64,000 nt of DNA from Bdellovibrionales bacterium (GTDB lineage Bacteria > Bdellovibrionota > Bdellovibrionia > Bdellovibrionales > UBA1609), in assembly GCA_041690295.1 (NCBI GenBank), contig JAWLHR010000001.1, positions 192,001-256,000 on the forward strand, read 5' to 3'. Below the pieces are notes generated by a model. It was not told the origin of the DNA. It saw only the letters and a program-made list of their open reading frames with translations, and made no database searches. Made by a program: the position numbers and the translations under genes. Of this stretch, positions 10,016-20,308 are shown one piece after another (position 1 is the stretch's first letter; the number at the start of each line of letters is the position of its first letter).

Positions 10016-11923
10016 TTAGCTGGCTGCCCGGGAGGGCTGATTCAGCTGGCCGCTTGGACTCACAGCCGGCAGAAAAATCCCGATTTGAGTCCCTTCATTT
10101 ATTTTCGATTCTATATGAATAGTCCCGCCGATTTTGAGAATTTCCTCTCTCAACGCATCTAGTCCGACCCCTCGTCCAGAAAATTCCCCCACCTGATCCC
10201 TGGACGAAAATCCAGGCATGCACACATGCTGAATAATTTCTTCGTCCGATTCCTTGGAAAAATCGTTTTCGGGGAATCTGGATTTGAGCTTTTCGCGAAT
10301 GACCGCGGGGTCGATCCCTTTTCCGTCATCTTCGATGGACAGATGTATTCCATCGTTGCGTTCTTCAATTCGCACCTTGATCTGACCGGCGGGCTCTTTG
10401 CCCGCGAACTCGCGTTCCTCGGGGGCTTCCAGTCCGTGGTCGACGGCATTACGAAACGCGTGCACCATGGCTGAAAACACTTTTTGATAGGGTTCCGGAT
10501 CAATGCGGACTTCGCCACCCTCGATGATCATGGGTTTTAACTTCTTATTCAGGCGCTCCGCCACCGATTGGGAAAGACTGTCAAAATATTTGATTCGATT
10601 TTCGATCGGTTCTTTGAAGAAGAGGTCACGCCCTTTTTGCGCGACAACGTCACCGCCGGACAGTCGGCTAACTTCCGTCAAAAACAATCGGACGCCATCG
10701 GCGGTGGCCTCGATCGTTCTTGAGGCTTCCGCATTCGGCAAGCGAATGATCTCTTTGTTATCCTCGAGGAACTTCTCGAATGAATCGCGAAGTTTTATCA
10801 GTGAATTGCGGAATTCAAGATGGACCGAACTCGGCATCTCGCCGCCTTTTTTATAAGGCTCCAATATGTGTTGGCTCTCGCGGGCCATGTTGCGCAGTTC
10901 ACCCATCGAAAAAGTTCCCGCCTCACCTTCAAGCGTGTGTAGAACCCGGAAGGCTTCGTTGACCTGCTCCCCATTAAGCGGTTTCGCCGCCATTTCCAGT
11001 AATTGTTTGCAGGATTGGCGAACCGAAAAAAGGAACTGGTGAAACTGATTTTTGTTCTTCATGTATTTCACGATCATCGCGGCGTATTGCTTCTCGGATT
11101 CGAGCGCCAATTGGGCTTCGCGCTCGGTGGTTTTGTCGGTGGCGACGACCACAACATCCGAGATTTCACCTTCCTCTCGCCGGATCGGGAAATAATCGAG
11201 AACAATGTATCGCCCTTGTGAATGGGGATAGAGATTCGGGCCGAGGACTTTCAGATCATCAAACGGCAAGAACTCCTTGAACAGGCTTTCCGTCCACTTC
11301 TGAAACTGGGTTTTCTCCGCCTCTGGAATGCCCAAAACTTCGATCGCGGATTTGCCGCTCGGCAGTTTTTCGAGAATGTCTCGACAGGCTTTAGTGAAAA
11401 CCGCTCCGCAGGTTCCATCGGCGGAAAACGTGAAGAAACCCTGACCTAAAGATTCCAGAATGGCGTTCAAGGTTTGATTCACTTTGCGCAATTCAACCGT
11501 ACGCTCCTCAACCAGTTTTTCCAAGTTGCGGGCGTATTCTTCGGTCTTTTGCAATTCCGCTTTGTACTTCGCCGCCAGGGTCTCCTCGAGACTGACATCG
11601 TGTAGAAAGAAAACCCAATGCTTTCCGTCGCCCATCGGCCTCACGGTCAATTGTGTTTTACCCGTGCGACCGGCTTTGACCAGAGTGTAGGCGGTCTCAA
11701 TCAGCGGCGACGGAGAGGTGCGGCCGTGCGAATTCTCGTCAAACGGCAAAAGTCCGGACTCATCGAAGTTGATGACATCCATCAATTTGACTTTGCCCGC
11801 CATTCGCCGCACGGACGATTGGCAAAAGGTGGCCGCCATTTCGTTGCAATAAACGACCTTGCCATCGCCATCGACGATGAAAACGGAATCCAAAAGATAA
11901 TCAAAAACCGCGAAATCAACCAT
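10016..11923 (-). CDS. PAS-PAS-Hpt-HATPase CheA-like histidine kinase lacking a CheW domain
   Basis: Two PAS-like segments, FRVLHTLEGEAG (Hpt), HAFRNAVDHGLE, DDGKGID, SGRGVGLD. The protein ends just after the ATPase domain. Confidence 0.85.
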   Translation of the reverse strand: MVDFAVFDYLLDSVFIVDGDGKVVYCNEMAATFCQSSVRRMAGKVKLMDVINFDESGLLPFDENSHGRTSPSPLIETAYTLVKAGRTGKTQLTVRPMGDGKHWVFFLHDVSLEETLAAKYKAELQKTEEYARNLEKLVEERTVELRKVNQTLNAILESLGQGFFTFSADGTCGAVFTKACRDILEKLPSGKSAIEVLGIPEAEKTQFQKWTESLFKEFLPFDDLKVLGPNLYPHSQGRYIVLDYFPIRREEGEISDVVVVATDKTTEREAQLALESEKQYAAMIVKYMKNKNQFHQFLFSVRQSCKQLLEMAAKPLNGEQVNEAFRVLHTLEGEAGTFSMGELRNMARESQHILEPYKKGGEMPSSVHLEFRNSLIKLRDSFEKFLEDNKEIIRLPNAEASRTIEATADGVRLFLTEVSRLSGGDVVAQKGRDLFFKEPIENRIKYFDSLSQSVAERLNKKLKPMIIEGGEVRIDPEPYQKVFSAMVHAFRNAVDHGLEAPEEREFAGKEPAGQIKVRIEERNDGIHLSIEDDGKGIDPAVIREKLKSRFPENDFSKESDEEIIQHVCMPGFSSRDQVGEFSGRGVGLDALREEILKIGGTIHIESKINEGTQIGIFLPAVSPSGQLNQPSRAAS

Positions 11924-12389
11924 TCTTCAAAAATTTAAAATATTTTGCCTCGATAACATCCATTTCCATTGGCTCACCGGACTCGTCCTTCACTTCGGGC
12001 GGAGCGTGGACTTCCCCATCCTTGAACTGCTTGCCATGCTCAAACAAAACCATTTTTTCGTTACCCGTGGCGTCTGAGTAATACGGGACATAAAAGCTTT
12101 CGACGCGCGCATTGGCCGGCAGAAAACCCGCCACCATGTTGATCTGATCAACAACGATTTTCGGACAACGGCGCAAACTCAGCTGCGCATTTCCAGGCAA
12201 GGCCTTGATCCACTTGATCCATTCGCGAATGCCCACGGAGTTAATGGCGGTGACACCGTCCAAATCCAAAACAACAGCGGCGGCGGAGCCGGTATCCGGC
12301 GGGGTGAAGGCGGCGTCCTCATCGATATTGCCCTTGAGTTCCAGCACCACTTGCGAACCTTCGGTTTTTTTAGTGATTGATAGACTCAT
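11916..12389 (-). CDS. STAS-like protein (anti-anti-sigma-like)
   Basis: LKGNIDE, VLDLDGVTAINSVGIREW with the phosphoacceptor-position Ser. Confidence 0.75.
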   Translation of the reverse strand: MSLSITKKTEGSQVVLELKGNIDEDAAFTPPDTGSAAAVVLDLDGVTAINSVGIREWIKWIKALPGNAQLSLRRCPKIVVDQINMVAGFLPANARVESFYVPYYSDATGNEKMVLFEHGKQFKDGEVHAPPEVKDESGEPMEMDVIEAKYFKFLKNG

Positions 12390-12399
12390 TGCTCCTCCC

Positions 12400-13242
12400 T
12401 CATCGCTGAATCACGTGTAAATGTTTGGAAAGTTGAATTCGTTTCTTATAACTCATTCGAATGGGTATCGTACAACACAGCAGCGTCACCCGTCCCGACT
12501 TAACGCCGAAGTACAAACTGGAACCGGCATTAAAGATGATAAAACTGCCAAGACCGGCGCCACCGGAACCGAAATTCATCGCCGCCGCGGCCCCCTTCAG
12601 GTACGTCGCGCGTATTTTGTTAAGATAATGGTTTAAGTTCAAACTGCCGTAGGGATCTTCACAACCGACCACCAGTTCCTGATCATTGTGACCTAAAATG
12701 AAGCGGCCGAATTTACCGTCGGTCAGCTTAATGTCGTTGTTCAAGCGGTCCAGCCCGGGATTGGTATTGGTCGCCCGATCAATAAAAGGCGCGTTGAAGA
12801 TCGCGTTGGTTATGAATTCATCGGCGACGGCGCAGGCATCTTCGATTAATGTTTGTGAGATTCCCACGGACTTCAAATAGTTAGTCAGGTCATCGAGATG
12901 CTTCCGTTTTTGGTCAGACGAATCAAACCGCTGGTCCAAACGCGTTAACTGCTTTTCCTGCTCGGAATTGACGAGATCGGGCGTCAGGATATTTGAAACC
13001 GGATGGATGAAAAATGATTCCGGATCCAGAATCAAATTCTCCGCGCTCTGCAGTTCTTTATCGAAACCAAAACCGTCTTTTTGGCAAAGATGTTGAAACC
13101 CCAGCTCCGTGGCGAATCGCAAAAGTTCCTGCGGGGCCAGCCCGGAGGACAGACCAATCGACATCGGGTCGCCGGGGATGCTCATTCCCTCTTTCAACTC
13201 CACATGCTTCGATTGATAGGAAAGCTTGTGAACTCCGCTCAT
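12400..13242 (-). CDS. RsbW/SiaB-like GHKL protein kinase
   Basis: VADEFITNAIFNAP (N box), EDPYGS, GGAGLG (G2 box). Confidence 0.65.
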   Translation of the reverse strand: MSGVHKLSYQSKHVELKEGMSIPGDPMSIGLSSGLAPQELLRFATELGFQHLCQKDGFGFDKELQSAENLILDPESFFIHPVSNILTPDLVNSEQEKQLTRLDQRFDSSDQKRKHLDDLTNYLKSVGISQTLIEDACAVADEFITNAIFNAPFIDRATNTNPGLDRLNNDIKLTDGKFGRFILGHNDQELVVGCEDPYGSLNLNHYLNKIRATYLKGAAAAMNFGSGGAGLGSFIIFNAGSSLYFGVKSGRVTLLCCTIPIRMSYKKRIQLSKHLHVIQR

Positions 13243-15074
13243 GCCGCCCTTTCTTGATATTCGCAGATCACCATGGTGACGTCGTCGATTAACTGGGCGC
13301 CCCCGCGAAATTGTTCAATCTCCTTGCAAATCCCGCCGAGCTTCGCATTCAATTCAGGTTCCGTATTCACTTTGTCCATTAAAGTCTTAAGGAAAGTGCG
13401 CTCGCCCCATTTCTTGCCATTGGGGTCCTGCACATCCAGGATGCCATCGGTGTAGAAGAAGATAATGTCGCCGGACTGAAACTCGACTTCGGTTTCTTCG
13501 TAGATATGATCCTTCTTCTCGCCCAAACGGGGTCCATTCACGTCATTCAACGGGCGTAAATCTTTTTTCGTGATTTTACCGCCCGATTTTCGCATGAGAT
13601 AGGGCGGGTCATGGCTCGCACTGGCGTAAGAGAAACGCCTGTTTTCCAAATCAATGCAGGCGATGAAAAAGGTCATCATAATTTGACCTTTCGAGGTCTG
13701 GTGAATCGCCCGGTTTAAAATGGAAAGGGCCGAGCCCGGGGTAATATCAGGTAAACACTCGATCACCGCTGAGGCCGAGCGCGCGGCACTGGTGATCAAT
13801 GCGGCGGGCGCGCCGTGGCCCGTGGCATCGCCGATCCAGATAAACACCTTGTTACCCACGCGCGAGTAACTCCACCAATCGCCGCCACATTCACTGGCCG
13901 GTTCAAAATGGCCGGCGATGGAAACCGGACCGAATTGCGATTGCGAAGGCGGAAAAAGAGTTTCCTGCACGGTCTTAACCGTGGAAAGTTCGCTTTCCAT
14001 GCGGGCCTTTTCCGCCGTCTCGTTCAATAAACGCGAAACCTCGGCCGCCATCCAATTGAAGCTTTCAGCCAATCCACCGACTTCGTCCGTGGACTTGGGT
14101 TTGACCTGAATATTGAAATCCCCTTGGGCGACCTTGCGTGTGGCTTCGAAGAGCTCCCGAATCGTGGATGTGAGCTGACTGGATGCAAAGACACTGATCA
14201 ACAATGTGGATGCTCCCAGCGCGATAAAGAACAAAATGGACTTGGCGATGAGGACCTGCACCGCTTTCAAAGCTTTGGATTTATCGACCCGTGAGATCAC
14301 ACGGAGATCACCCATGCCCACGCTGGCGAAAGAGATCAGGTAAATCGAGCCGTCGGATAACGCCATCTCCGACGTGCCCTCATTGGCGGTGTTTTGCAAA
14401 AGGGGCTGCAAAAGCTCGAGGTCGGTCGCGATCACGTCCATGGAGCCCACCGCGACGTCCCCCGCGGGACTGGCGACGAAACTTGAATAGGAACCGGAGC
14501 CTTGAAAGGCGTTGATCAAATCATCCGACTGGTAGAGGCCGAGCGCGATCAGATGATTTTCCTCGGTTTTTTCACCGAAGCGAAAACCAACGACCAAAAC
14601 CGAGGGCGAGTTGGGCAGTTCGCGAACAACCACGGTCCGCTCGGCGGTTTGCTCGCGAAGCTGATCGATCTGTGTGGTGTCGTCCAAAAACTTCGTCGCG
14701 AATTCCGCTTCTTTGCCGATCTGGGCGATCTTACGATAACTTCCATCCGCCTGGCGACGAATCAGAACAAGGGCATGCATGCGGGCATTATTCTGGAACA
14801 TGTTCTTGCCCGTGGGCGAGAAATCCCCGGAATCAATATCGAAATGTTCAGCGACGCCGCGGAATCCCGAGTAGACATTCTGAAGCTCCATGCGCGTCTG
14901 CGTCGCCAATGCTCGTGAAACTGTGGCGCTGGAATCAAAGACGTACGCGATTTTGTCTTGCTGAAAAAGGTCCGTCGCCATCACCAGGTAAAGACTCAGC
15001 GTAATGAGCGGCAACGATACAAGCAGCAATAGAAGTTTAAATCGCAATGAAAGACGCAGCTTGAAATGTTTCAT
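13239..15074 (-). CDS. Membrane-bound sensor-HAMP-SpoIIE (PP2C) protein phosphatase
   Basis: Two TM segments, HAMP (DEVGGLAESFNWM), GGDWW, GDATGHG, YTDGI, DDVT. Confidence 0.9.
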   Translation of the reverse strand: MKHFKLRLSLRFKLLLLLVSLPLITLSLYLVMATDLFQQDKIAYVFDSSATVSRALATQTRMELQNVYSGFRGVAEHFDIDSGDFSPTGKNMFQNNARMHALVLIRRQADGSYRKIAQIGKEAEFATKFLDDTTQIDQLREQTAERTVVVRELPNSPSVLVVGFRFGEKTEENHLIALGLYQSDDLINAFQGSGSYSSFVASPAGDVAVGSMDVIATDLELLQPLLQNTANEGTSEMALSDGSIYLISFASVGMGDLRVISRVDKSKALKAVQVLIAKSILFFIALGASTLLISVFASSQLTSTIRELFEATRKVAQGDFNIQVKPKSTDEVGGLAESFNWMAAEVSRLLNETAEKARMESELSTVKTVQETLFPPSQSQFGPVSIAGHFEPASECGGDWWSYSRVGNKVFIWIGDATGHGAPAALITSAARSASAVIECLPDITPGSALSILNRAIHQTSKGQIMMTFFIACIDLENRRFSYASASHDPPYLMRKSGGKITKKDLRPLNDVNGPRLGEKKDHIYEETEVEFQSGDIIFFYTDGILDVQDPNGKKWGERTFLKTLMDKVNTEPELNAKLGGICKEIEQFRGGAQLIDDVTMVICEYQERAA

Positions 15075-15083
15075 CTACTGGAA

Positions 15084-15110
15084 ATATCGGCCAGTAACGA
15101 ACAGGATTAC
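15084..15110 (-). promoter_or_regulatory. Sigma-28-like promoter of the signalling operon
   Basis: GTAA-N15-GCCGATAT upstream of ATG 15074. Confidence 0.6.
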
Positions 15111-15159
15111 AGGTATTTAAGTCGGATTTTTGTTTAAATTTGCGACATTTAGACGATGG

Positions 15160-16281
15160 TCAGGAGAACCTCACACGCCCTGAAACCATCAGGTCGTTTT
15201 CGAACTTCCGGACTGAAATCCTATCCAATCGCGGCACCTCGGCGAGCGATTGAAAATTCAAACCATCCGTCCAAGCCAGACCTTCCCCTAAAATTTTGCC
15301 GCCGAAAAAGAGAAACAGACGATCCACCAGCCGTGCTTCGAGGAACCGGGCCACCGTATAACCACCCGCCTCGACAAAAACCGACCAAATTTCCCGCTCG
15401 GCCAAAGTCTTAAGCAGGATCGTTAAATCAAACCTTTGATTGGAAAGCGGAACCTCGACCTTTTCACCAAAATCGATCCGTCCTCCACGCCCTTCGGGCA
15501 CGATCACGAGGACATCTTCCGATGAGCGCACCATCGCCAGATTACGGCCCTTCAGCGAGTCCAATGAGCCATCGTGATCAAGGATCACCAGCCGTTGGCG
15601 CTTTTCCCGAAACGCCTCGTCCCGGGCGTCAAGGCGGGGATCATCCAGTAAGATGGTTTTACTTCCGGTCAGAACGGCATCGTAACATCCCCGCAAATAA
15701 TGAACGTGACTCCGTGATGTTTCACCGGTGATCCATTGGCTTTGACCATTGGCCAACGCGATTTTGCCGTCCATTGAGGAGGCCACCTTCAAAGCCACGA
15801 AGGGCCGTCTCTCTTGCTGGTTCAATAAAAAAACTTCGGCCAGCTCTTCTAATTCCTCTTGCAAACCGGAAAACGGTTCGACGCGAATACCGGCGGAGCG
15901 AAGGATCTCCGCCCCCAAGCCGTTCACCTTGGGGTTGGGATCGCGCAAACCATAAATCACCGAGGCTAGTGGAAGTTTCGCCAGAGTCTTCGCGCAAGAC
16001 GGTGTCCGACCTTCGTGGGCGCAAGGTTCAAGCGTGACGAAAAGTTGAGCGCCCTTTAACTTTTCCTGATCTTTCACCTGGTTCAATGCATTCACTTCGG
16101 CGTGGGGACCACCGACACGGGCGTGAAATCCTTTGGCGAGTAGTTCATTATTTTTGTCCAGAATCACGCAACCCACGGCGGGATTCGGCGACACGAATCC
16201 GAATCCCTTTCTCCCCTCTTCGATGGCGAGCCGCATGGCTTGCTCCGGGGTGAGGGCCACTACGTTCTCCAGGATTTCCAA
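15160..16281 (-). CDS. ribD: Bifunctional riboflavin deaminase/reductase
   Basis: SPNPAVGCV, HAEV, TLEPCAHEGRTPSC, SQWITG, VFVEAGG. Confidence 0.95.
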   Translation of the reverse strand: MEILENVVALTPEQAMRLAIEEGRKGFGFVSPNPAVGCVILDKNNELLAKGFHARVGGPHAEVNALNQVKDQEKLKGAQLFVTLEPCAHEGRTPSCAKTLAKLPLASVIYGLRDPNPKVNGLGAEILRSAGIRVEPFSGLQEELEELAEVFLLNQQERRPFVALKVASSMDGKIALANGQSQWITGETSRSHVHYLRGCYDAVLTGSKTILLDDPRLDARDEAFREKRQRLVILDHDGSLDSLKGRNLAMVRSSEDVLVIVPEGRGGRIDFGEKVEVPLSNQRFDLTILLKTLAEREIWSVFVEAGGYTVARFLEARLVDRLFLFFGGKILGEGLAWTDGLNFQSLAEVPRLDRISVRKFENDLMVSGRVRFS

Positions 16282-17363
16282 TAATCCTTGAATTCCACGC
16301 TTTCGAGCGAAGGATCAATCAGCAAGGGCCAACGAGAATCCACCATGACAGCGGTTTCGTTGGTTTCCGTTTTTTGATCGATGGTCTTCACCGCTTTGGG
16401 GTGGGGACCGTGAGGAAATCCCATGGGATGAAGACTCATCATGCCCGCGTGCAAATTGTCGCGCGAGAAGAAGTCACCCTCGTGATAAAACAGGACTTCG
16501 TCATAATCGATGTTTTGATGGTAAAACGGCACCTTCAAGGCGTCCTTGTCTTTCTCCAACGGCCGAGGGAGAAAGGTGCAGACAACGAACTCACGGGCCA
16601 CGAATGTCGTGTGCGCACTGGGCGGCAAGTGCGCCCGGTGACTCATCAAAGGCATCATGTTTTCCGTGTGCAAGGTGAAGGGGTAAAGATCCCCTTTCCA
16701 GCCTAACGTATCGTAATAATGTCCGTCGTATTCAAAACGAGTGACTTCATCGAGCCGCTTGACCAGGATTTCCCGCACGTCGCCATTAAGTTCGGTCACG
16801 CGCTGATTTTGCATTTCCAAATCCGGCTTGCCCAACGCCGCGCTATCATAAATGGCGTGACGGCCGACCAGACCGCGTTCCGGTTCCTCGTAATGGCTGG
16901 AACGGTTCTCCACCACGAAGAACATGCTTTTTTCCGCGGGCACTATGGAATGAGTCACGCACTTGGGAACAAGGATGTATTCGCCTTTACGGTAGTTCAG
17001 TAATCCATATTCGGTCCAAATTTCACCGGCGCCGCGATGGCAGAAGTAAAGCAGATCGCCATCCCCGTTGCGGAAACCTCGCCGCGCGCACTCAGGCCCG
17101 GGATTCACGAAGTGGAGTGAGATGACCAGATGCTGGTTGTACAAGAGGCGCTGCCAACCTTCCCGCTCTTTCATGGCCACCAGATCGTACATTCGGGGTT
17201 TTAGCGGCCCGTCGATTTTCGTCCAACGCGTGCTCGGTTGGCGTTTGATCAGGTGTGAAGCGGGACCGAAGAAACCTTTGAGCCCCTGCTCTTCTTCATA
17301 GCATCCGTCGGGAATTCCCTTGTGCGCCTGTTTTGTAAACAGCCCTTGGTAATACAAATGCAT
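16260..17363 (-). CDS. hmgA: Homogentisate 1,2-dioxygenase
   Basis: GWKGDLYP, HLPPSAHTTF, PFYHQNIDYDEVLFY, HGPHP; directly downstream of hppD. Confidence 0.92.
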   Translation of the reverse strand: MHLYYQGLFTKQAHKGIPDGCYEEEQGLKGFFGPASHLIKRQPSTRWTKIDGPLKPRMYDLVAMKEREGWQRLLYNQHLVISLHFVNPGPECARRGFRNGDGDLLYFCHRGAGEIWTEYGLLNYRKGEYILVPKCVTHSIVPAEKSMFFVVENRSSHYEEPERGLVGRHAIYDSAALGKPDLEMQNQRVTELNGDVREILVKRLDEVTRFEYDGHYYDTLGWKGDLYPFTLHTENMMPLMSHRAHLPPSAHTTFVAREFVVCTFLPRPLEKDKDALKVPFYHQNIDYDEVLFYHEGDFFSRDNLHAGMMSLHPMGFPHGPHPKAVKTIDQKTETNETAVMVDSRWPLLIDPSLESVEFKDYWKSWRT

Positions 17364-18436
17364 TACAGATAGCCTCTGCGCTTTTGATCCCTTTCTATGG
17401 CATCAAACAGCGCTTGAAAGTTTCCTTCTCCAAATCCGCTGTGGTTTCGCCGTTGAATGATCTCAAAGAAAATCGGTCCAATCAGATTTTTGGTGAAAAT
17501 CTGCAGTAAGTATCCGCTGGAGTCGCCATCAATGAGAATGTCCAGGCTCTGCAGTGTTTTCAAATCTTCTTTCAAATTGGGAACACGGTCGGGCACGGCC
17601 TCATAATAAGTTCCCGGAGGCGAATCGAGGAATCCGATACCCTGGTCACGTAGCTGACGAATCGATTGGATGATGTCGGGGGTCAGCAAAGCCAAATGCT
17701 GGATTCCCGAACCTTTGTATTCATCCAGGTATTCTTGAATCTGAGACTTTCCTTCCGTCGGTTCATTGATCGGAATCGTGATTTTTTGACAGGGCGAGCG
17801 CATGACCTTGGAAACCAGTCCGGTTTGCTCACCTTTGATGTCGAATTTACGAACTTCATGGAAGTTGAAGACCTGTCTATAGAAGTCACACCACTTCTGC
17901 ATTTCCCCTTTGGGAACATTGTTGGTGAGATGGTCGATCACCATGAGCCCGCGGCCCTTGGGATAGCGGTCCGGAACGAGATATCGGAAGTCATCATCGA
18001 AATGAACCGGAGCGCGATAACGATCGACGAAATAAACCGCCGAATCGCCGATTCCGTAAATCGCCGGGAAACTATGACTGACGGTGTCCTGCTTGAACTC
18101 GATGGGTCGCGCGCCCCGCTGCACGGCCATATCAAACGCGCGTTGAGCGTTTTTAACGCGGAAACCTGTGGCACAAATGGAGGGCCCGTGCTGTTTCGCG
18201 AACCTGGCCGCGAAGGTGCTGGGTTCATTATTGATCAGGAAATTCACCTGATTTTGGCGGTAAAGGACCACCTGCTTGCGTTTATGGACCCCAATTTTTT
18301 GAAATCCCAGCTTTAAAAAGAGTTGCTCCAGCTCTTGCGGGTTCGGACTGGCGAATTCGATGAACTCGATCCCATCCAGACCGAGGGGGTTTTCCAAAGA
18401 CAAGGGCTGTGATTCCATGGTTGTTCCTGCCTCCAT
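17363..18436 (-). CDS. hppD: 4-hydroxyphenylpyruvate dioxygenase
   Basis: NPLGLDGIEFIEF, IDHLTNNV, GIQHLAL, FFEIIQR, GFGEGNFQALF. GGAGG SD before ATG 18436. Confidence 0.95.
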   Translation of the reverse strand: MEAGTTMESQPLSLENPLGLDGIEFIEFASPNPQELEQLFLKLGFQKIGVHKRKQVVLYRQNQVNFLINNEPSTFAARFAKQHGPSICATGFRVKNAQRAFDMAVQRGARPIEFKQDTVSHSFPAIYGIGDSAVYFVDRYRAPVHFDDDFRYLVPDRYPKGRGLMVIDHLTNNVPKGEMQKWCDFYRQVFNFHEVRKFDIKGEQTGLVSKVMRSPCQKITIPINEPTEGKSQIQEYLDEYKGSGIQHLALLTPDIIQSIRQLRDQGIGFLDSPPGTYYEAVPDRVPNLKEDLKTLQSLDILIDGDSSGYLLQIFTKNLIGPIFFEIIQRRNHSGFGEGNFQALFDAIERDQKRRGYL

Positions 18437-18545
18437 CACGACCTCCATAAGAAAGCTCAAAAAACCATGTTTCACGGCCTAAGTAAAGGACCGTGACAAA
18501 CCCCCGGGTCGCCAGTACTTTTAAGGGCATTAAGAGAGGGCTTAT

Positions 18546-18923
18546 ATGCCAAGTCAATGGGTTGAATTCGCCAGCAAACAGCCGAGTCCCGACATTCCGG
18601 GGGTGCAAGAAATCGAGCCCCACGAGCTTTGGGAGAAAAAAGACCAGGTCGAAATCATCGACGTGCGCCGGCCGGATGAATTCACCGGTGAATTAGGGCA
18701 CGTTCCCGGGTCCAAGCTGATCGTACTTGATACATTGCCTGACCACATCAGTGATCTTCCGAAGGATCGCCCCGTGGTCTTTGTTTGCCGGAGCGGCGCC
18801 CGCTCCGGACGCGCCACGGCCTTCGCTTTACGGGAAGGCTTCACCAATGTATTCAACATGAAGGGCGGCATGTTACTTTGGAACAGCTTGAATCTTGAAG
18901 TGGAAGGTCGGTCCGAAGGCTGA
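18546..18923 (+). CDS. Single-domain rhodanese
   Basis: IIDVRRPDEF, GHVPG, CRSGARS, GGMLLW. Confidence 0.9.
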   Translation: MPSQWVEFASKQPSPDIPGVQEIEPHELWEKKDQVEIIDVRRPDEFTGELGHVPGSKLIVLDTLPDHISDLPKDRPVVFVCRSGARSGRATAFALREGFTNVFNMKGGMLLWNSLNLEVEGRSEG

Positions 18924-20308
18924 TGGGTCGAGTTTTTGTCAATCGAACATTGAATCTGAAACGAATCCGGTATCTGGGATTCGATATGGACCACACTCTG
19001 GTTCGCTACAACAGCGAGAACTTCGAAGCGCTGGCCCACCGGAAAATGTTGGAGAAGCTGGTCTCCGACAAAGGCTACCCCGAGTCCATTTTAAATCTGA
19101 AGTTCATTTACGAACGGGCGATCCGCGGATTGGTGATCGACAAAGTAAAGGGTAACGTTCTGAAGCTCAGCCGCTTTTCCGCCATTCGCGTTTCTTATCA
19201 CGGTTGCAACCCGATCGATTACCGTGAACAGACCGAAATCTATAAGAGCGTTTACATTGATTTGCGCGATCCCAACTATCTTTCCATCGACACGTCGTTT
19301 TCCATCGCCTTCGCCGGTTTGTTCATGCAGCTGGTCGACCTTAAGGACACGACGGAAAAAGAAACGCTGCCTGATTACGTCACCATCGCCGATGATTTGA
19401 CGGCGGTTCTTGACCGAGCCCATCGTGACGGCAGTCTGAAGCAGGAAGTGGCCCGTGACCTTTCCCGGTTCATTATCAAGGATCCGGAAGTCGTCGCGGG
19501 GCTTGAACGCTTCAAAAAGCACAGCAAGAAACTATTTCTGCTGACCAATTCGGACTTCGCTTACACGAAGCTGCTCTTGGACTACACGATCACTCCGTTT
19601 CTCAAAGACCACAAAAGTTGGGAAGATCTCTTTGATTATGTGATCACTTCCGCTTCGAAACCCCGTTTCTTCTACGACACCCTTCCCTTCCTGCGCGTGG
19701 ATCCGGCGACGGGGTCGATGACCAATGTCAGTCAACTGGAAACCGGAATTTATCAGGGTGGATCAGCCAACATTTTCACCCGCGATTTAAATGTGGCGGC
19801 GGATGAGATTCTTTATATCGGGGATCATATTTACGGCGATATCCTGCGTTTGAAAAAAGACTGCGCCTGGCGGACAGCGCTCGTCGTCGAAGAGATCGAG
19901 GAAGAGATCCGTAAAGAACGCGAGGCCAAGCCGATCGTGGATAAAATCAACGCGTTGATGGAACGCAAGATCCCGCTCGAAATTAAATTGGACAAGTTGA
20001 TCGGCGAGCAAATCGAAACGGGAACCGACAAAAACGAAGAGGCCATCCGCAAGTATTTGAACGAAATCGCGGAAATCGACAAATCCATATCGCCGTTGAT
20101 CAAACAGCAACAGCAGCTCTTTAACCCCTATTGGGGCGAAGTGATGCGAACGGGGATCGAGGAAAGCTATTTCGCCTACCAAGTGGAGCGCTTCGCGTGC
20201 GTTTACATGGCGAAGCTCGCGGACTTACTGCACGTTTCACCGCGCACCTATTTCCGCTCGCACCGCCGGCCGATGGCCCACGAGTTTGAAACTAAGGTTG
20301 ATGGATAA
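18923..20308 (+). CDS. HAD-IG family 5'-nucleotidase (cN-II-like)
   Basis: GFDMDHTL, LLTNS, KPRFF, YIGDHIYGDI. Confidence 0.92.
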   Translation: MGRVFVNRTLNLKRIRYLGFDMDHTLVRYNSENFEALAHRKMLEKLVSDKGYPESILNLKFIYERAIRGLVIDKVKGNVLKLSRFSAIRVSYHGCNPIDYREQTEIYKSVYIDLRDPNYLSIDTSFSIAFAGLFMQLVDLKDTTEKETLPDYVTIADDLTAVLDRAHRDGSLKQEVARDLSRFIIKDPEVVAGLERFKKHSKKLFLLTNSDFAYTKLLLDYTITPFLKDHKSWEDLFDYVITSASKPRFFYDTLPFLRVDPATGSMTNVSQLETGIYQGGSANIFTRDLNVAADEILYIGDHIYGDILRLKKDCAWRTALVVEEIEEEIRKEREAKPIVDKINALMERKIPLEIKLDKLIGEQIETGTDKNEEAIRKYLNEIAEIDKSISPLIKQQQQLFNPYWGEVMRTGIEESYFAYQVERFACVYMAKLADLLHVSPRTYFRSHRRPMAHEFETKVDG

